Positions 49,288-61,262 of a stretch of 64,000 bases of DNA are shown here, in pieces. The DNA is taken from the NCBI GenBank assembly GCA_024679065.1, contig JAGIQG010000040.1, positions 9,486,001 to 9,550,000 on the forward strand, in the 5' to 3' direction. The notes beneath the pieces are model-generated. The model worked only from the letters and a program-made list of their open reading frames with translations, did not search any database and was not told the origin of the DNA. This stretch comes from Sphyrna mokarran (taxonomy: Eukaryota). The stretch's first letter is position 1. Every line of letters starts with the position of its first letter. The position numbers and the translations under genes were made by a program.

Positions 49288-50130
49288 TCACTTGTGTATT
49301 AGTTGGTGTCTCAGCAGTTGGGATGAAGCTCTGAAACTCTTCTCGCATTGAGAGCAGGTGAACGGCCGCTCCCCAGTGTGAACTTGCTGGTGTCTCCGCA
49401 GGGTGGATGACTGAGTGAATCTCTTCCCACACTGAGCGCAGGTGAATAGTTTTTCCCCAGTGTGAACTCGCTGGTGTGTCTGCAGATTGGATAAGTCAGT
49501 GAATCCCTTCCCACACTGAGGACAGATGAACGGCCTCTCCCCAGTGTGAACTCGTTGGTGTGCCTGCAGGTGGGATAATTGAGTGAATCCCTTCCCACAC
49601 TGAGAGCAAATGAATAGCTTCTCGCCAGTATGAACTTGCTGGTGTCTCCGCAGAGCAGATGACTGAGTGAATCCAATCCCACACTGAGAGCAGGTGAATG
49701 GTCTTTCCCCGGTGTGAACTCGCTGGTGTCCCCGCAGGCTGGATAAGTCAGTGTATCCCTTCCCACACACAGAGCAGGTAAACGGCCTCTCCCCAGTGTG
49801 AACTCGCTGGTGTGTTTGCAGGTGGGATGTCTGAGTAAATCCCTTCCCACACTGAGAGCAGGTGAATGGTCTCTCCCCAGTATGAACACGCTGGTGTGTC
49901 TGCAGGCTGGATAACCGAGTGAATCCGTCCCCACACTGAGAGCAAAAGAAGGGCCTTTCCCCAATGTGAACTCGCTGGTGTGTCCGCAGATTCGATAACT
50001 GACTGAATCCCTTGCTGCAGACACAGCAAGTGAACGGTCTCTCCCCAGTGTGACTGCGTCGATGAGCTTCTAGCTGAGATGGAGAAACGAATCTCTTCCC
50101 ACAGTCCCCACATTTCCATGGTTTCTCCAT
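49288..50130 (-). CDS. Finger-only C2H2 zinc-finger protein, 280 aa, 10 fingers (left copy)
   Basis: Intact ORF MEKPWKC..LIHK*, accATGg start, acceptor ccttttacAG at 50485-6. Confidence 0.9.
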   Translation of the reverse strand: MEKPWKCGDCGKRFVSPSQLEAHRRSHTGERPFTCCVCSKGFSQLSNLRTHQRVHIGERPFFCSQCGDGFTRLSSLQTHQRVHTGERPFTCSQCGKGFTQTSHLQTHQRVHTGERPFTCSVCGKGYTDLSSLRGHQRVHTGERPFTCSQCGIGFTQSSALRRHQQVHTGEKLFICSQCGKGFTQLSHLQAHQRVHTGERPFICPQCGKGFTDLSNLQTHQRVHTGEKLFTCAQCGKRFTQSSTLRRHQQVHTGERPFTCSQCEKSFRASSQLLRHQLIHK

Positions 50131-52074
50131 GGTGCAAGTATCCTAGTGACTCTCCAGGTTAAACAATCAGTTAAATCTCACACAGATCATGGGGACAGTC
50201 TCTCTCCGCTGTGAATGCTGCGATGTGTTTTCAGGCTGTGTAACTGGTTGAAGCTCTTCCCATACTCAGTGCATTGGAAAACTCTCATTCGGGTGTATCT
50301 GTGCCTTGGTGCTTTTCCAGTCACACATATGATTAAAGTTTTTGAAGCAGATAGAATAGAGAAACATTTCTCCTTCGAGAATTAAAATCGATAAATTCAG
50401 ATCCTGATGAATTGAGTGAGGATGTCAGATGTTGATGTGACATTAGGTTTGAGATTTGTCTGTAAATCCTCCCCTTCCAATATCCTGTAAAAGGAATTTT
50501 AAAAAGTGGTCAATATCAGTACAGGATAGAAATTCAGAACAATTGTAGTTTTTGGAACATTCTTTCCCCTTTCATTACCAAAAGCTATAAATCTCCATCC
50601 CAGACACTCTCATTCTATTCTCTACTCTAAATTCATTCTCCCAGTTTCTCCTGAAGATGCTGATTGAGGCTGATTTTCAGATCCGTGCTCACTGCTTCCT
50701 GTCTGGGACACAGAGAGCTGAAATTCTCCATGCAGGATGCGAGCCCAACAGAAATATGGCTGTATTCCTCGACTAAAAATGTTTTAAATGGATTGGTTCA
50801 GTTAGTGAAGATACAGGAGGTTGCAACTGATGATGATCTTGAACTTGCTGCCTATGAGGGTGGTCAGAGGGTTTTACACCATGTAAAGAGGCCCTCCGGC
50901 CCATCATGCTTGCACTGGCCACTCTTGATGTGCAACCTTGTCTGCTGGGATACATCCCATCTGGATCTGAGGCTTTATACAATTTAACGCCCAGTTAAAA
51001 CCGTTAATATCTCCTCCCTCTCAACGTTAAGTTATTGAAGTGATTCACAAAGGGTATGTTTTCTCTGGAAGCGTGTAAAAGACAAAAATTTTCACTGTGC
51101 TTGCATGTGCATAATAATCAAATTAAAATGTATCAATGAAAGAGGGAGGGCTTTGTTGAATCACTTCAATGAACTTAACGTTGAGAGGGAGGAGATATTA
51201 ACGGTTTTAACTGGGCGTTAAATTGTATAAAGCCTCAGATCCAGATGGGATGTATCCCAGCAGACAAGGTTGCACATCAAGAGTGGCCAGTGCAAGCATG
51301 ATGGGCCGGAGGGCCTCTTTACATGGTGTAAAACCCTCTGACCACCCTCATAGGCAGCAAGTTCAAGATCATCATCAGTTGCAACCTCCTGTATCTTCAC
51401 TAACTGAACCAATCCATTTAAAACATTTTTAGTCGAGGAATACAGCCATATTTCTGTTGGGCTCGCATCCTGCATGGAGAATTTCAGCTCTCTGTGTCCC
51501 AGACAGGAAGCAGTGAGCACGGATCTGAAAATCAGCCTCAATCAGCATCTTCAGGAGAAACTGGGAGAATGAATTTAGAGTAGAGAATAGAATGAGAGTG
51601 TCTGGGATGGAGATTTATAGCTTTTGGTAATGAAAGGGGAAAGAATGTTCCAAAAACTACAATTGTTCTGAATTTCTATCCTGTACTGATATTGACCACT
51701 TTTTAAAATTCCTTTTACAGGATATTGGAAGGGGAGGATTTACAGACAAATCTCAAACCTAATGTCACATCAACATCTGACATCCTCACTCAATTCATCA
51801 GGATCTGAATTTATCGATTTTAATTCTCGAAGGAGAAATGTTTCTCTATTCTATCTGCTTCAAAAACTTTAATCATATGTGTGACTGGAAAAGCACCAAG
51901 GCACAGATACACCCGAATGAGAGTTTTCCAATGCACTGAGTATGGGAAGAGCTTCAACCAGTTACACAGCCTGAAAACACATCGCAGCATTCACAGCGGA
52001 GAGAGACTGTCCCCATGATCTGTGTGAGATTTAACTGATTGTTTAACCTGGAGAGTCACTAGGATACTTGCACC

Positions 52075-52917
52075 ATGGAGAAACCATGGAAATGTGGGGA
52101 CTGTGGGAAGAGATTCGTTTCTCCATCTCAGCTAGAAGCTCATCGACGCAGTCACACTGGGGAGAGACCGTTCACTTGCTGTGTCTGCAGCAAGGGATTC
52201 AGTCAGTTATCGAATCTGCGGACACACCAGCGAGTTCACATTGGGGAAAGGCCCTTCTTTTGCTCTCAGTGTGGGGACGGATTCACTCGGTTATCCAGCC
52301 TGCAGACACACCAGCGTGTTCATACTGGGGAGAGACCATTCACCTGCTCTCAGTGTGGGAAGGGATTTACTCAGACATCCCACCTGCAAACACACCAGCG
52401 AGTTCACACTGGGGAGAGGCCGTTTACCTGCTCTGTGTGTGGGAAGGGATACACTGACTTATCCAGCCTGCGGGGACACCAGCGAGTTCACACCGGGGAA
52501 AGACCATTCACCTGCTCTCAGTGTGGGATTGGATTCACTCAGTCATCTGCTCTGCGGAGACACCAGCAAGTTCATACTGGCGAGAAGCTATTCATTTGCT
52601 CTCAGTGTGGGAAGGGATTCACTCAATTATCCCACCTGCAGGCACACCAACGAGTTCACACTGGGGAGAGGCCGTTCATCTGTCCTCAGTGTGGGAAGGG
52701 ATTCACTGACTTATCCAATCTGCAGACACACCAGCGAGTTCACACTGGGGAAAAACTATTCACCTGCGCTCAGTGTGGGAAGAGATTCACTCAGTCATCC
52801 ACCCTGCGGAGACACCAGCAAGTTCACACTGGGGAGCGGCCGTTCACCTGCTCTCAATGCGAGAAGAGTTTCAGAGCTTCATCCCAACTGCTGAGACACC
52901 AACTAATACACAAGTGA
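52075..52917 (+). CDS. Finger-only C2H2 zinc-finger protein, 280 aa, 10 fingers (identical right copy)
   Basis: Translation identical to 49288-50130; acceptor at 51719-20. Confidence 0.9.
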   Translation: MEKPWKCGDCGKRFVSPSQLEAHRRSHTGERPFTCCVCSKGFSQLSNLRTHQRVHIGERPFFCSQCGDGFTRLSSLQTHQRVHTGERPFTCSQCGKGFTQTSHLQTHQRVHTGERPFTCSVCGKGYTDLSSLRGHQRVHTGERPFTCSQCGIGFTQSSALRRHQQVHTGEKLFICSQCGKGFTQLSHLQAHQRVHTGERPFICPQCGKGFTDLSNLQTHQRVHTGEKLFTCAQCGKRFTQSSTLRRHQQVHTGERPFTCSQCEKSFRASSQLLRHQLIHK

Positions 52918-55900
52918 TTCCAGAGGTTTGGATTCTGCTGTTACTGGTTCAGCTCTCAATTACTGCCAAGACTACATTTTATTCATTCTCACAGTTGGTC
53001 AAAGGAAAGGGTTTCTTTGTGTTGGACTGGCAGGACTCATGATTTTATCTCCAGTGGACGGATGATCTTTGAATCTTGTTGCAAATACCTGGTTTTAAAT
53101 TTCAGAAGGATAAAAGACTGACAGGGCAATTGAAAGTTAAGATATATTTAGTCCCATTTCTATTTGCAACACTGCCTAAATGCCCATCCAATTTCCTTTG
53201 CAATGATTTATTGCCTCCACTTTACGCTCGTAGGCAGCAAGTTCCAGATCATTACCATTCGCCACATCAAAATATTCTTCTTCACATCCCCCCGCCTGCC
53301 CCCCGCAACATCCTAAAAGCATAAACCTGTGATCCCCTCGCCCTTGTCCTGTCAGCTAATGGGAACAGCTTTTTTTTGTCCACCTTATCTAACTATGTCA
53401 GAATCTTGTCCAACTCTATAGCAAATCTCCCCTCAACCTCCTTTGCTCCAAGAGGAACAACCCCAGCCTGACTTTGACAATAAAGAACAAACCAACAGAA
53501 TATGTTAGTACCTGAAATAAAATGGGAATGTTGAATTTCTGTTTTAAAGATATTGTGAATATATTGTCCTGGACAATAATGAAATTGGGTAATGCAGCTT
53601 GGATGTGGTTGAATGGAATATATCAATCTGGTATCCACCTACAGTTAGTGAAATTCTGGAATATGTATCTGGAAATCACTCCCTAATAGCACTGTGGATG
53701 TATTTACAGGCATGGTAGCAGTTCAGGAAGGCAGTGTTGGGGTTGACCATGGCCGAGGCAGCTACACACAGCCACATATTCTGTTATAATTGAAGGACTG
53801 CAGATTGAATGTGAAGCATTATGAGACTGGACTGTCTTGACCACATTCCTGTGACTGCTCAGTTTCTGCAATCACAGACCATTAACGCTGCTTAGCAGAG
53901 CCTCCAGGGAGGACCCAGTGAGAATATTTACTGGGAATGAGTTGGAATTAAACTTATCCAAGGACCAGCTGGTGTTAAGCAGATGATATTTCTGAATCTG
54001 TAAAAAGGGGAGTCTGACAAATCAACAAACAGTGGTAAGTAGTTGGTTAAGAAATCAAGGTGCGTTCTCAGGCATTGTTTAAATTAATTTATCCTAAACT
54101 TGTGATAAAAACTGTGACTGATTTGTGATCTGATAGTCAGTGAAGTGATGGTATTCTCCAAGTAGCACTGGACTGAAAAGCGGACCCTCTGAGAGTAGAT
54201 CCGAATGGTTATTATCTTACCCCATCATGGCCAGTGAAAAATCAGAGCTTGAGTGGGGATCAGACAGTCACTTATCTGCCATTTGGAAACTAAAAGCAAG
54301 AAACTTATTGATTAAAATGATTAGAGGATAGAGCCAACCTTTTGAATCTGATTGACACTTTGTAAGAGCGCTAATGAAGGGTTATCCAGACTCGAAACAT
54401 TGGCTCTATTCTCTCTCCACAGATGCTGTCAGACCTGCTGAGATTTTCCAGCATTTTCTGTTTTTTTGTTTCAGATTCCAGTATCCGCAGTATTTTACTT
54501 GTGTGATAAAATGATCAGGTCTGATTGGAATCCCCATGACCCTCCCGCAAAACAGAGAGAGTGGTAGGAGAAGAGAAAAAAGGAGAAGGATGATAAAGTC
54601 TGTGTTCTGATTCTCTCAGCCCAAGGAGAATAAACAAAATGAGTGAACCAGTTTATAAAGAATAGAAATTACCCATCCCCAACAAAAACTGATCAAATTT
54701 AATCGGTTGAGGAATATAACAAAAAAAAATTAATAGATGAAGTTTAAAATCATTTGTTTTGTTTTAAACTTGTGTGAAGTGATGTAATTGTGTGCCAAGT
54801 TTTTGCTGCTCACTCCCCACTCCTTTAGGTTCTGTGGAAAAGTTAATCCTTTAAGTAGGAATTAGATTTAGAACACAGAACAAAACAGCACGGGAAACAG
54901 GCCCTTCGACCCAACGAGCCCGCGCCGCCACCCCGATGTTCCCACCTCTACCCGCAATCCCTGTCCATGTTTATAGATCTATGGATTAAAAACCAAATTT
55001 GAAACAATTTAGGGAGAATTTGTTTTGCCAATTAGCCTAAGAGCACATCTTTGGGATGTGGGAGGAAACCGGAGCGCTCGGAGAAAACCCACGCAAGCAC
55101 GGGGAGAATGCGCAAATTCCCACAGACACATGCCCAAATCCATGTATCTGCACAGCACAGCGATAGTCACTGAGCTGTTGTGTTGCCCATCAAATGGTCC
55201 AGGTCAAGCGTACACTAACGATGTGTTTTTAAATCACCAGAAACTCACCAGATTTATGGGAATTGCTAAGATGGACTTTTGAAATTTTTAAAGTATAAAA
55301 AAGTGGTTTTGAGAAGCAATTTGGTACAGAGAGGACGAGGAAGATATGTTTACAGACAGATGTTGAGAGCTGTTGGTTTTATAAGTTATCCATGTTTTCA
55401 GAGTTGTCACTTCATGTCCTGGTTTGAGAGAGATGGAGAGAAGTCTATTCAATCATTAAAGTGAAGCTTTCTCTGTTAACTGTTAATCAATACTTTGCTT
55501 TTTAACTTTCTGACTTGTTACATTTTTAATGGTTAATAAAGTTTCTGAATTCACCTTTTAAAGTGTTCTTTCTTGTCATATGGTTAAGACACTGGAACCT
55601 GGTGTGATTTACAATTGGGGAGGTTATTATACACAAGAGAACCCCCTAAATCTTAGTTCAAATTAATCAAAGTTCTTACAAATGGAATGCAATCCTTTAT
55701 TATGAGAGAAATTGAACATAGAAGTTGTTCTGCTTCAGTTATACGGGGCATTGCTGAGTCTGTATCTTGAATATTGGCTGCAGCTTTGTCTTCTATTTAA
55801 GAAATGATACAAATGCATTGAGTGTGGTGCAGGTTTAATCGGTTGCTTCCCAATTCTTGATCCTCACAGTATGAATTTTGTCTGATTTTCCTTGTCTTCA

Positions 55901-56964
55901 TTTTGGACAAAGGGTCACCCTGACTTGAAATGTTGTCTCTATTCTCTCTCTACAGAGGCTGTCAGACTTGCTGAGATTATCCAGCATTTTGTGTTTTTCT
56001 CTCAGATTCCCTCAACAGCAGAATTTTGCCTTTACACCAACTTTTGTTGCATAAGGAAATCAAAAATATCGGATCTGGAACTAGAATATGAGGAACTTAA
56101 CATAAACAGATCAGCCATGATCTAAATAAATGGAGGAGCAGACTCAGAGTGTCCAAATGGCCTCCTTCGAGCAGACTCAGAGGGTCCAAATGGCCTACTT
56201 CTGCTCCTCTGTCAAATGTTAGTCACAAATTCCTGAGAATTGTGAATCAAGGCTGGAAGATTCGCCTTGCTTGTGTTACTGAGAAAATGTCCAGGTGTAT
56301 TGTCACTATGAAGGATAGTCTGGGATTAAAAGTTTGCCAGATTGGGAAAGGAAAACAATGGAAATAAACCCACAGGAGTGAAAAATCTTTTGAGAATTGA
56401 GTGTCAACATTCCAAGATAATGTAAAATATAACCATTGACTAGATATTTGATTGTGTTAAGAGCAAAAGGTAAAGTTCAATTTTAAAGTTTAAGAGCAAT
56501 TTTCCGTACAAAAAAAATGTTAGTCATTGTTTCTTCCAGTTTGTTGGAGTAAATGCCATAAACTTGAAGTTTTGTCATGTGATTCTTTAATTTACTCAGA
56601 GTTTCGAATTCATTTTTTTAAATTGTTGATCATTACAGAGATCTGAACAGTTCATTTAAAGCCATAAGTTTTGACTTCCCATTTGAACCTGGAACACCTT
56701 TCTGTTTCTCTGTTGCTCCTGTCAGTGACAGCCGGGTGACAGAGCTGAGGGCTGAATTTAGTTGAGAATAATGGGGCCTGTGTCCCAGTTGGGAAACTGT
56801 CCTGGTCGTCGCACTAATAGAGAGACAGAAAGGTGCTGGAGAACTGAGTGGGAAAAGAACCTTCAACAAATAGTTATCAGTCATTCAGCTAAAGAGAAAT
56901 CTGTCTCTTTAAATACATATACAGGGAAGAGGCTGCACTGAAATCTGGCCCATTTAACCTGCAT

Positions 56965-57060
56965 AAAAGCAGTAAAAGTAAAAAACAAAAAAAAAAAAAA
57001 AAAATGGAAAAACAAAAGAAAAAAAAAAAAAAAAAAAAAAAGAACAAAAAAAAAAAGCAG
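56965..57060 (+). mobile_element. Right-arm-specific poly(A)-only insertion with an AAAAGCAG target-site duplication
   Basis: The left arm (about 45265-45275) has a single AAAAGCAG. The right arm has two, flanking about 80 nt of A-rich sequence. Confidence 0.75.
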
Positions 57061-57836
57061 GAGCTGAGATTGACAGGCTGCAGGAGGGGACCATTCAGCC
57101 CATCATGCCCCTGCTATCTCTTTGAAAGGACTCTGTGATTCATCCGACTGCTCTGCTCTTTCTCCACAGCCCTACAAATTCTTCCTTTCAATGTTTTTCC
57201 CTTTTAAACATTTGTGTGACTGGAAAGATACTAACACACACACAAGCACAACCAGGTTTCCTGCCACAGTCCGACAGACATGCTGGTTAACTGCACTGGC
57301 CATACTAAATTCTCCCTCAATGTACCCGAGTGCACTGACTATGAAAAGAGGTTTAACAGCTTACCCATCCAGAAAAAAAAACATTGTACCATTCACAGCA
57401 GGGAGAGACCATCCACATGTATATGAATCAGGCTCCAGCTGATTGCCTTACCTGGAGAGATATAGGGAGAGCTGTCCTTTATTCAGCCATTAAACTTACT
57501 CTGGATCAATGCTTTATTTATTCAGACAACTAATACCTCTCCCTTTGCCTTTTGCTCCAAGATATTTTTTCCACAGATGCTGCCAGACAGCAGCATTTCT
57601 TTTAGCTCTTTTTGCATTTATTTTAAGCTTGCATGTAGTAGGGGGAAACACATTATTTACCACCAGGTATGATAAATGTCTTTCATTGGCTTATGTAGAT
57701 GATTTTCCTGGGAATGTGCTCACCCTGGCTCAAAGAGCATCAGCCCACTGGAAGCAAAATTGGGAGACCGGCCAGTTCAGCAGAAAGAAACCCTCCGACC
57801 CTCCCCCATTTCACCAACTGTTAGAATGGAGACGGA

Positions 57837-58496
57837 TCAGTCTTGGATGTGATTAACAGCACAATCCAACCCATGGAAGGAATTGTGAACTCGCTGATGT
57901 CTCAGCAGGAGTGTTGACCGAGTGAATCCCTTCTCACACTGAGAGCAGGTGAACGGCCTCTCCCTGGTGTGAACTCGCTGGTGTGTCTGCAAGGTGGATA
58001 ACTGAGTGAATCCCTTCCCACAGTCAGAGCAGATGAACGGTCTCTCCCCGGTATGAAATTGATGGTGTCTCACCAGGGTGGAGGAATCTCGGAATCGCTT
58101 CCCACAATCAGAGCAGCTGAACAGCCTTTTCCCAGTGTGTACTCTCTGGTGTTTCTGCAGGGTGGATGAATCTCTGAAGCCCTTTCCACACTCAGTGCAG
58201 ATGAATGGCCTCTCTCCAGTGTGAACTCGTTGGTGTCCGAGCAGGTTGGATGACTGAGTGAATCCCTTCCCACAGTCAATGCAGATAAAAGGCCTCTCCC
58301 CCGTGTGAACTCGCTGGTGTGTCCGCAGATGGGATAACTGAGTGAAGCCCTTCCCACAGTCAGAGCAAGCAAATGGTCTCTCCCCTGTGTGAATGCGTCG
58401 ATGACTTTCCAGGCTTGATGGGGTAATGAAGCTCTTCCCACATTCCGCACATTTCCAAGGTTTTTCCATGGTACAGGTGTCCTTGTGTCTCTCCAT
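57837..58496 (-). CDS. C2H2 zinc-finger protein, 7 fingers (mirror of 43830-44423)
   Basis: Open ORF 57837-58502 (221 aa from TTG); acceptor at about 58809-10. Confidence 0.85.
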   Translation of the reverse strand: MERHKDTCTMEKPWKCAECGKSFITPSSLESHRRIHTGERPFACSDCGKGFTQLSHLRTHQRVHTGERPFICIDCGKGFTQSSNLLGHQRVHTGERPFICTECGKGFRDSSTLQKHQRVHTGKRLFSCSDCGKRFRDSSTLVRHHQFHTGERPFICSDCGKGFTQLSTLQTHQRVHTRERPFTCSQCEKGFTRSTLLLRHQRVHNSFHGLDCAVNHIQD

Positions 58497-60397
58497 ATTC
58501 AAGAATCAACTGAGGTGTCCACGCGCAGAGAACGTGTGTAGCGTCTTTCCCAGTTCTGAAGGGTTTTGGAAAATTGTGTAACTAATTAAAGCTGAAACAC
58601 TCTCACTGAGATGTGCATGTGTTCTCAGTGCTTTTCCAGTCAGACTGATGTTTAAAATCTTCTGTAGCAGTCAAAACAGACAAACATTTCTCCTTCGAGA
58701 TTCAAAGACTGATGATATTCAGCTCCCAATGAATTGAGTGACTCTGTCAGACATTGATGTGATGTTTCATTCAAGATTTCGGTCTGTAAATCCTCACCTT
58801 CTGATATCCTGTAAAAGGGTTTACAAAAGTCATTTCTGGCAGAACAGGATAGAAATTCAAAACAGACAATTCAAATTTCTACAGAGCATTCTTTCCTCCC
58901 TTATTTGGCACAGTGTGTTGCTCTCTCACAGCACCAGGGATCTGGCTTTGATTCCAGCTTGGATCACCATCTGCACATTCTCCTTGTGTCTGCATGGATT
59001 TCCTTCTCAGGTTTCCTGCCACAGTCTGAAAGATGTGCTGGTTAACTGCACTGGCCATACTAAATTCTCCCTCAATGTACCTGAGTGCGGCAACTAGGGG
59101 ATTTTCGCAGTAACTTCATTGCAGTGTTAATGCAAGCCTACTTGTGACACGATTAAATTTTAAAAATCCCAAAATCTGAAAATCTCCATGTCAGACTCTC
59201 CCACCATTCTCACTCTGCTGAATCCAATATTCATCTCTCAATTCTAATGAATGAGTGAGTCATGCGAATCTATCAATACAATGCTCTGGAGTCAGACACC
59301 CAAACGTTTTATTCAGTAAATGTACATATATCTCACAGATGCACAATTAATTGTATAGAAAATGTTTGACAGAGAGTACTGTACCTTTTAATCAGAGATT
59401 GAGTTGGGGGGGGGGCATGTGCAAGGAAGGACTTTATTTAGACAACAAGTGGCCATAATCAGAAAATCACACCAGTGGTTGAAGCGCAGAAAAATAATTT
59501 CAAATAAATTGGGTGAGACATCTGAAGGAAATAAACTTGTAGAGAAAAGAGATTATAGAAGCAGAGTGGGATTGACTGTAGTGTCCTCCAGAGAATCGCC
59601 ATGGACTCGAGTTGCTGAATAGACTCCGCCTATGCCGTAATGACTCTGACTGGAAATTTATAATGTAGTTACAGTGGTATATTACAAGACTAGCACTAAT
59701 AAATGTATTTTATCACAGAACCATTATTGTACATCTAATCTGTACCATGTACAGCATTAGATTTATCTCTGTTCTATATTTACTGTCTCCTTAAATGTCA
59801 GCCATCTCCCAATGTTCCCGATATTGGGTGAGTCCAGAACTAGGGATCAAAGTTTGAAGATAAGGGGTAAACCTTTTAGAAATAAAATGAGAAGAGATGT
59901 CTTCATCCAGAGAGTGATGAATGTGTGCAATTCACTACCACAAAAAGTAGTGGAGGCCAAAATACTGTGTGATTTCAAGAATAAACTAGATAGAGCTCTT
60001 GAGGTTCAAGGGATCAAAGGAGATGGGGAGGGGGCGGAGGGGGGATCAGAATATGAAATTGATGATCATCCATGATCATAATGAATGGTGCAGTAAACGC
60101 AAAGGACTGAACGGCCTACTCCTGCTTCTAGTTTCTATCTCCTGGGCAAACCGCCCCTTTAATTGTGAACATTAGGAAAGTGACCATCCTTTTAGCCAAA
60201 CAAATCAACGTATCAAGCTGAGGAAGCAAAGGATGTCAGTGTCTTTAAGAGAGAGAGAGAGAGACCTGGGCCAACCTTTCCAGAGTCTGCAGTTTCCCTG
60301 GACTCACTTCCTTGCCCTTCAGTTGCTGCAGGTCCCCAGTTTCCCCCAGGATGAGAATAGAAATGGAAAGGGAGAGTAAAGAAACTGTTTTACTCAC

Positions 60398-61262
60398 AGA
60401 TATCAGAGACAGGAGCAAGTCTGAGTCTGAAACTCATTCGACAACTTCCGCATTGTGACGTCAAAATGGAGGGCTGACAGGATTAGCCAATCACTCTGCT
60501 CTGCGATGACGTCTCCGAGTTCTGCGGTGACGTCGCCAAGAGCTCCGCCCCCGCTCATTGTTTCCCTTCCTCCGCCCATTGTTCCCCTCCCGGGAGCCCC
60601 GTCCCCACCCATTGTTCCCTTCCCGGGAGCCCCGCCCCCGCCCCTTGTTCCCCTCCCCCTCCCGGGAGCCCCGCCCCACACCCATTGTTCCCTCCCGGGA
60701 AAAAATAAAAACGAAAAGTTCCCCGTCCCCACCCATTGTTCACTTCCGGGACCCCGCCCCCGCCCCTTGTTCCCCTCCCCCTCCGGGGCCCCGCCCCCCT
60801 CCATGTTCCCTTCCCGGGAGCCCCGCCCCCGCCCATTGTTCCCCTCCCCCTCCCGGGAGCCCCGCCCCCCCCATTGTTCCCCTCTCCCTCCTCGAGCCAA
60901 GGTTTCCAGACAAGCGGCTGGCGGCTCCGCCCAGAGCGAGAAGCCGCTCGGTGATCTTCCCCTCCCCCCCCGCCGGACCGGAACTGCGCATGTCCAAGGG
61001 GCAGGGGAAGCTGCGCATGTGCAGGGCTGCCTGTTCCCCCTCCCCGACTTTCTTGCTGAGGCCCTGACCAATGGGAAACGCTGAAAGACCGGAAGAACAC
61101 TGCCCCCTCTAGCCAATCAGAGCTCCCCCATTGTCTGAATGCGCCAGTGGACAATGAGTTTGTTCAGAGGTTCATTCCCATCCAGCAAGGCTGCTGCTGC
61201 TCTCTCTCTGAATGAAGATTAAGCTTCAGACAGACTCAAACTTCTTCCTGTTGTCAACATCT
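60398..61262. promoter_or_regulatory. Bidirectional CpG promoter, right-arm copy with an expanded minisatellite
   Basis: Donors at 60397 (minus) and 61263 (plus); CRE at 60456-63; about 10 repeat units. Confidence 0.7.

Noticed and set aside
50664-50987. 107-aa ORF duplicated on both sides of the palindrome centre
   Set aside because: Antisense to ZNF intron and CR1-derived sequence; its duplication merely reflects the palindrome.
46035-56170. Whole palindrome as a pure sequencing fold-back artefact
   Set aside because: The outer arms have many substitutions, arm-specific insertions and different VNTR lengths. An artefact confined to the identical core or a haplotype mis-join cannot be excluded without reads.
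60403-61154. 169-237 aa Gly/Pro-rich ORFs (also 41067-41559, 8237-9336)
   Set aside because: These are a by-product of GC-rich minisatellite or CpG-island sequence lacking stops; lengths and frames are not conserved between arms.
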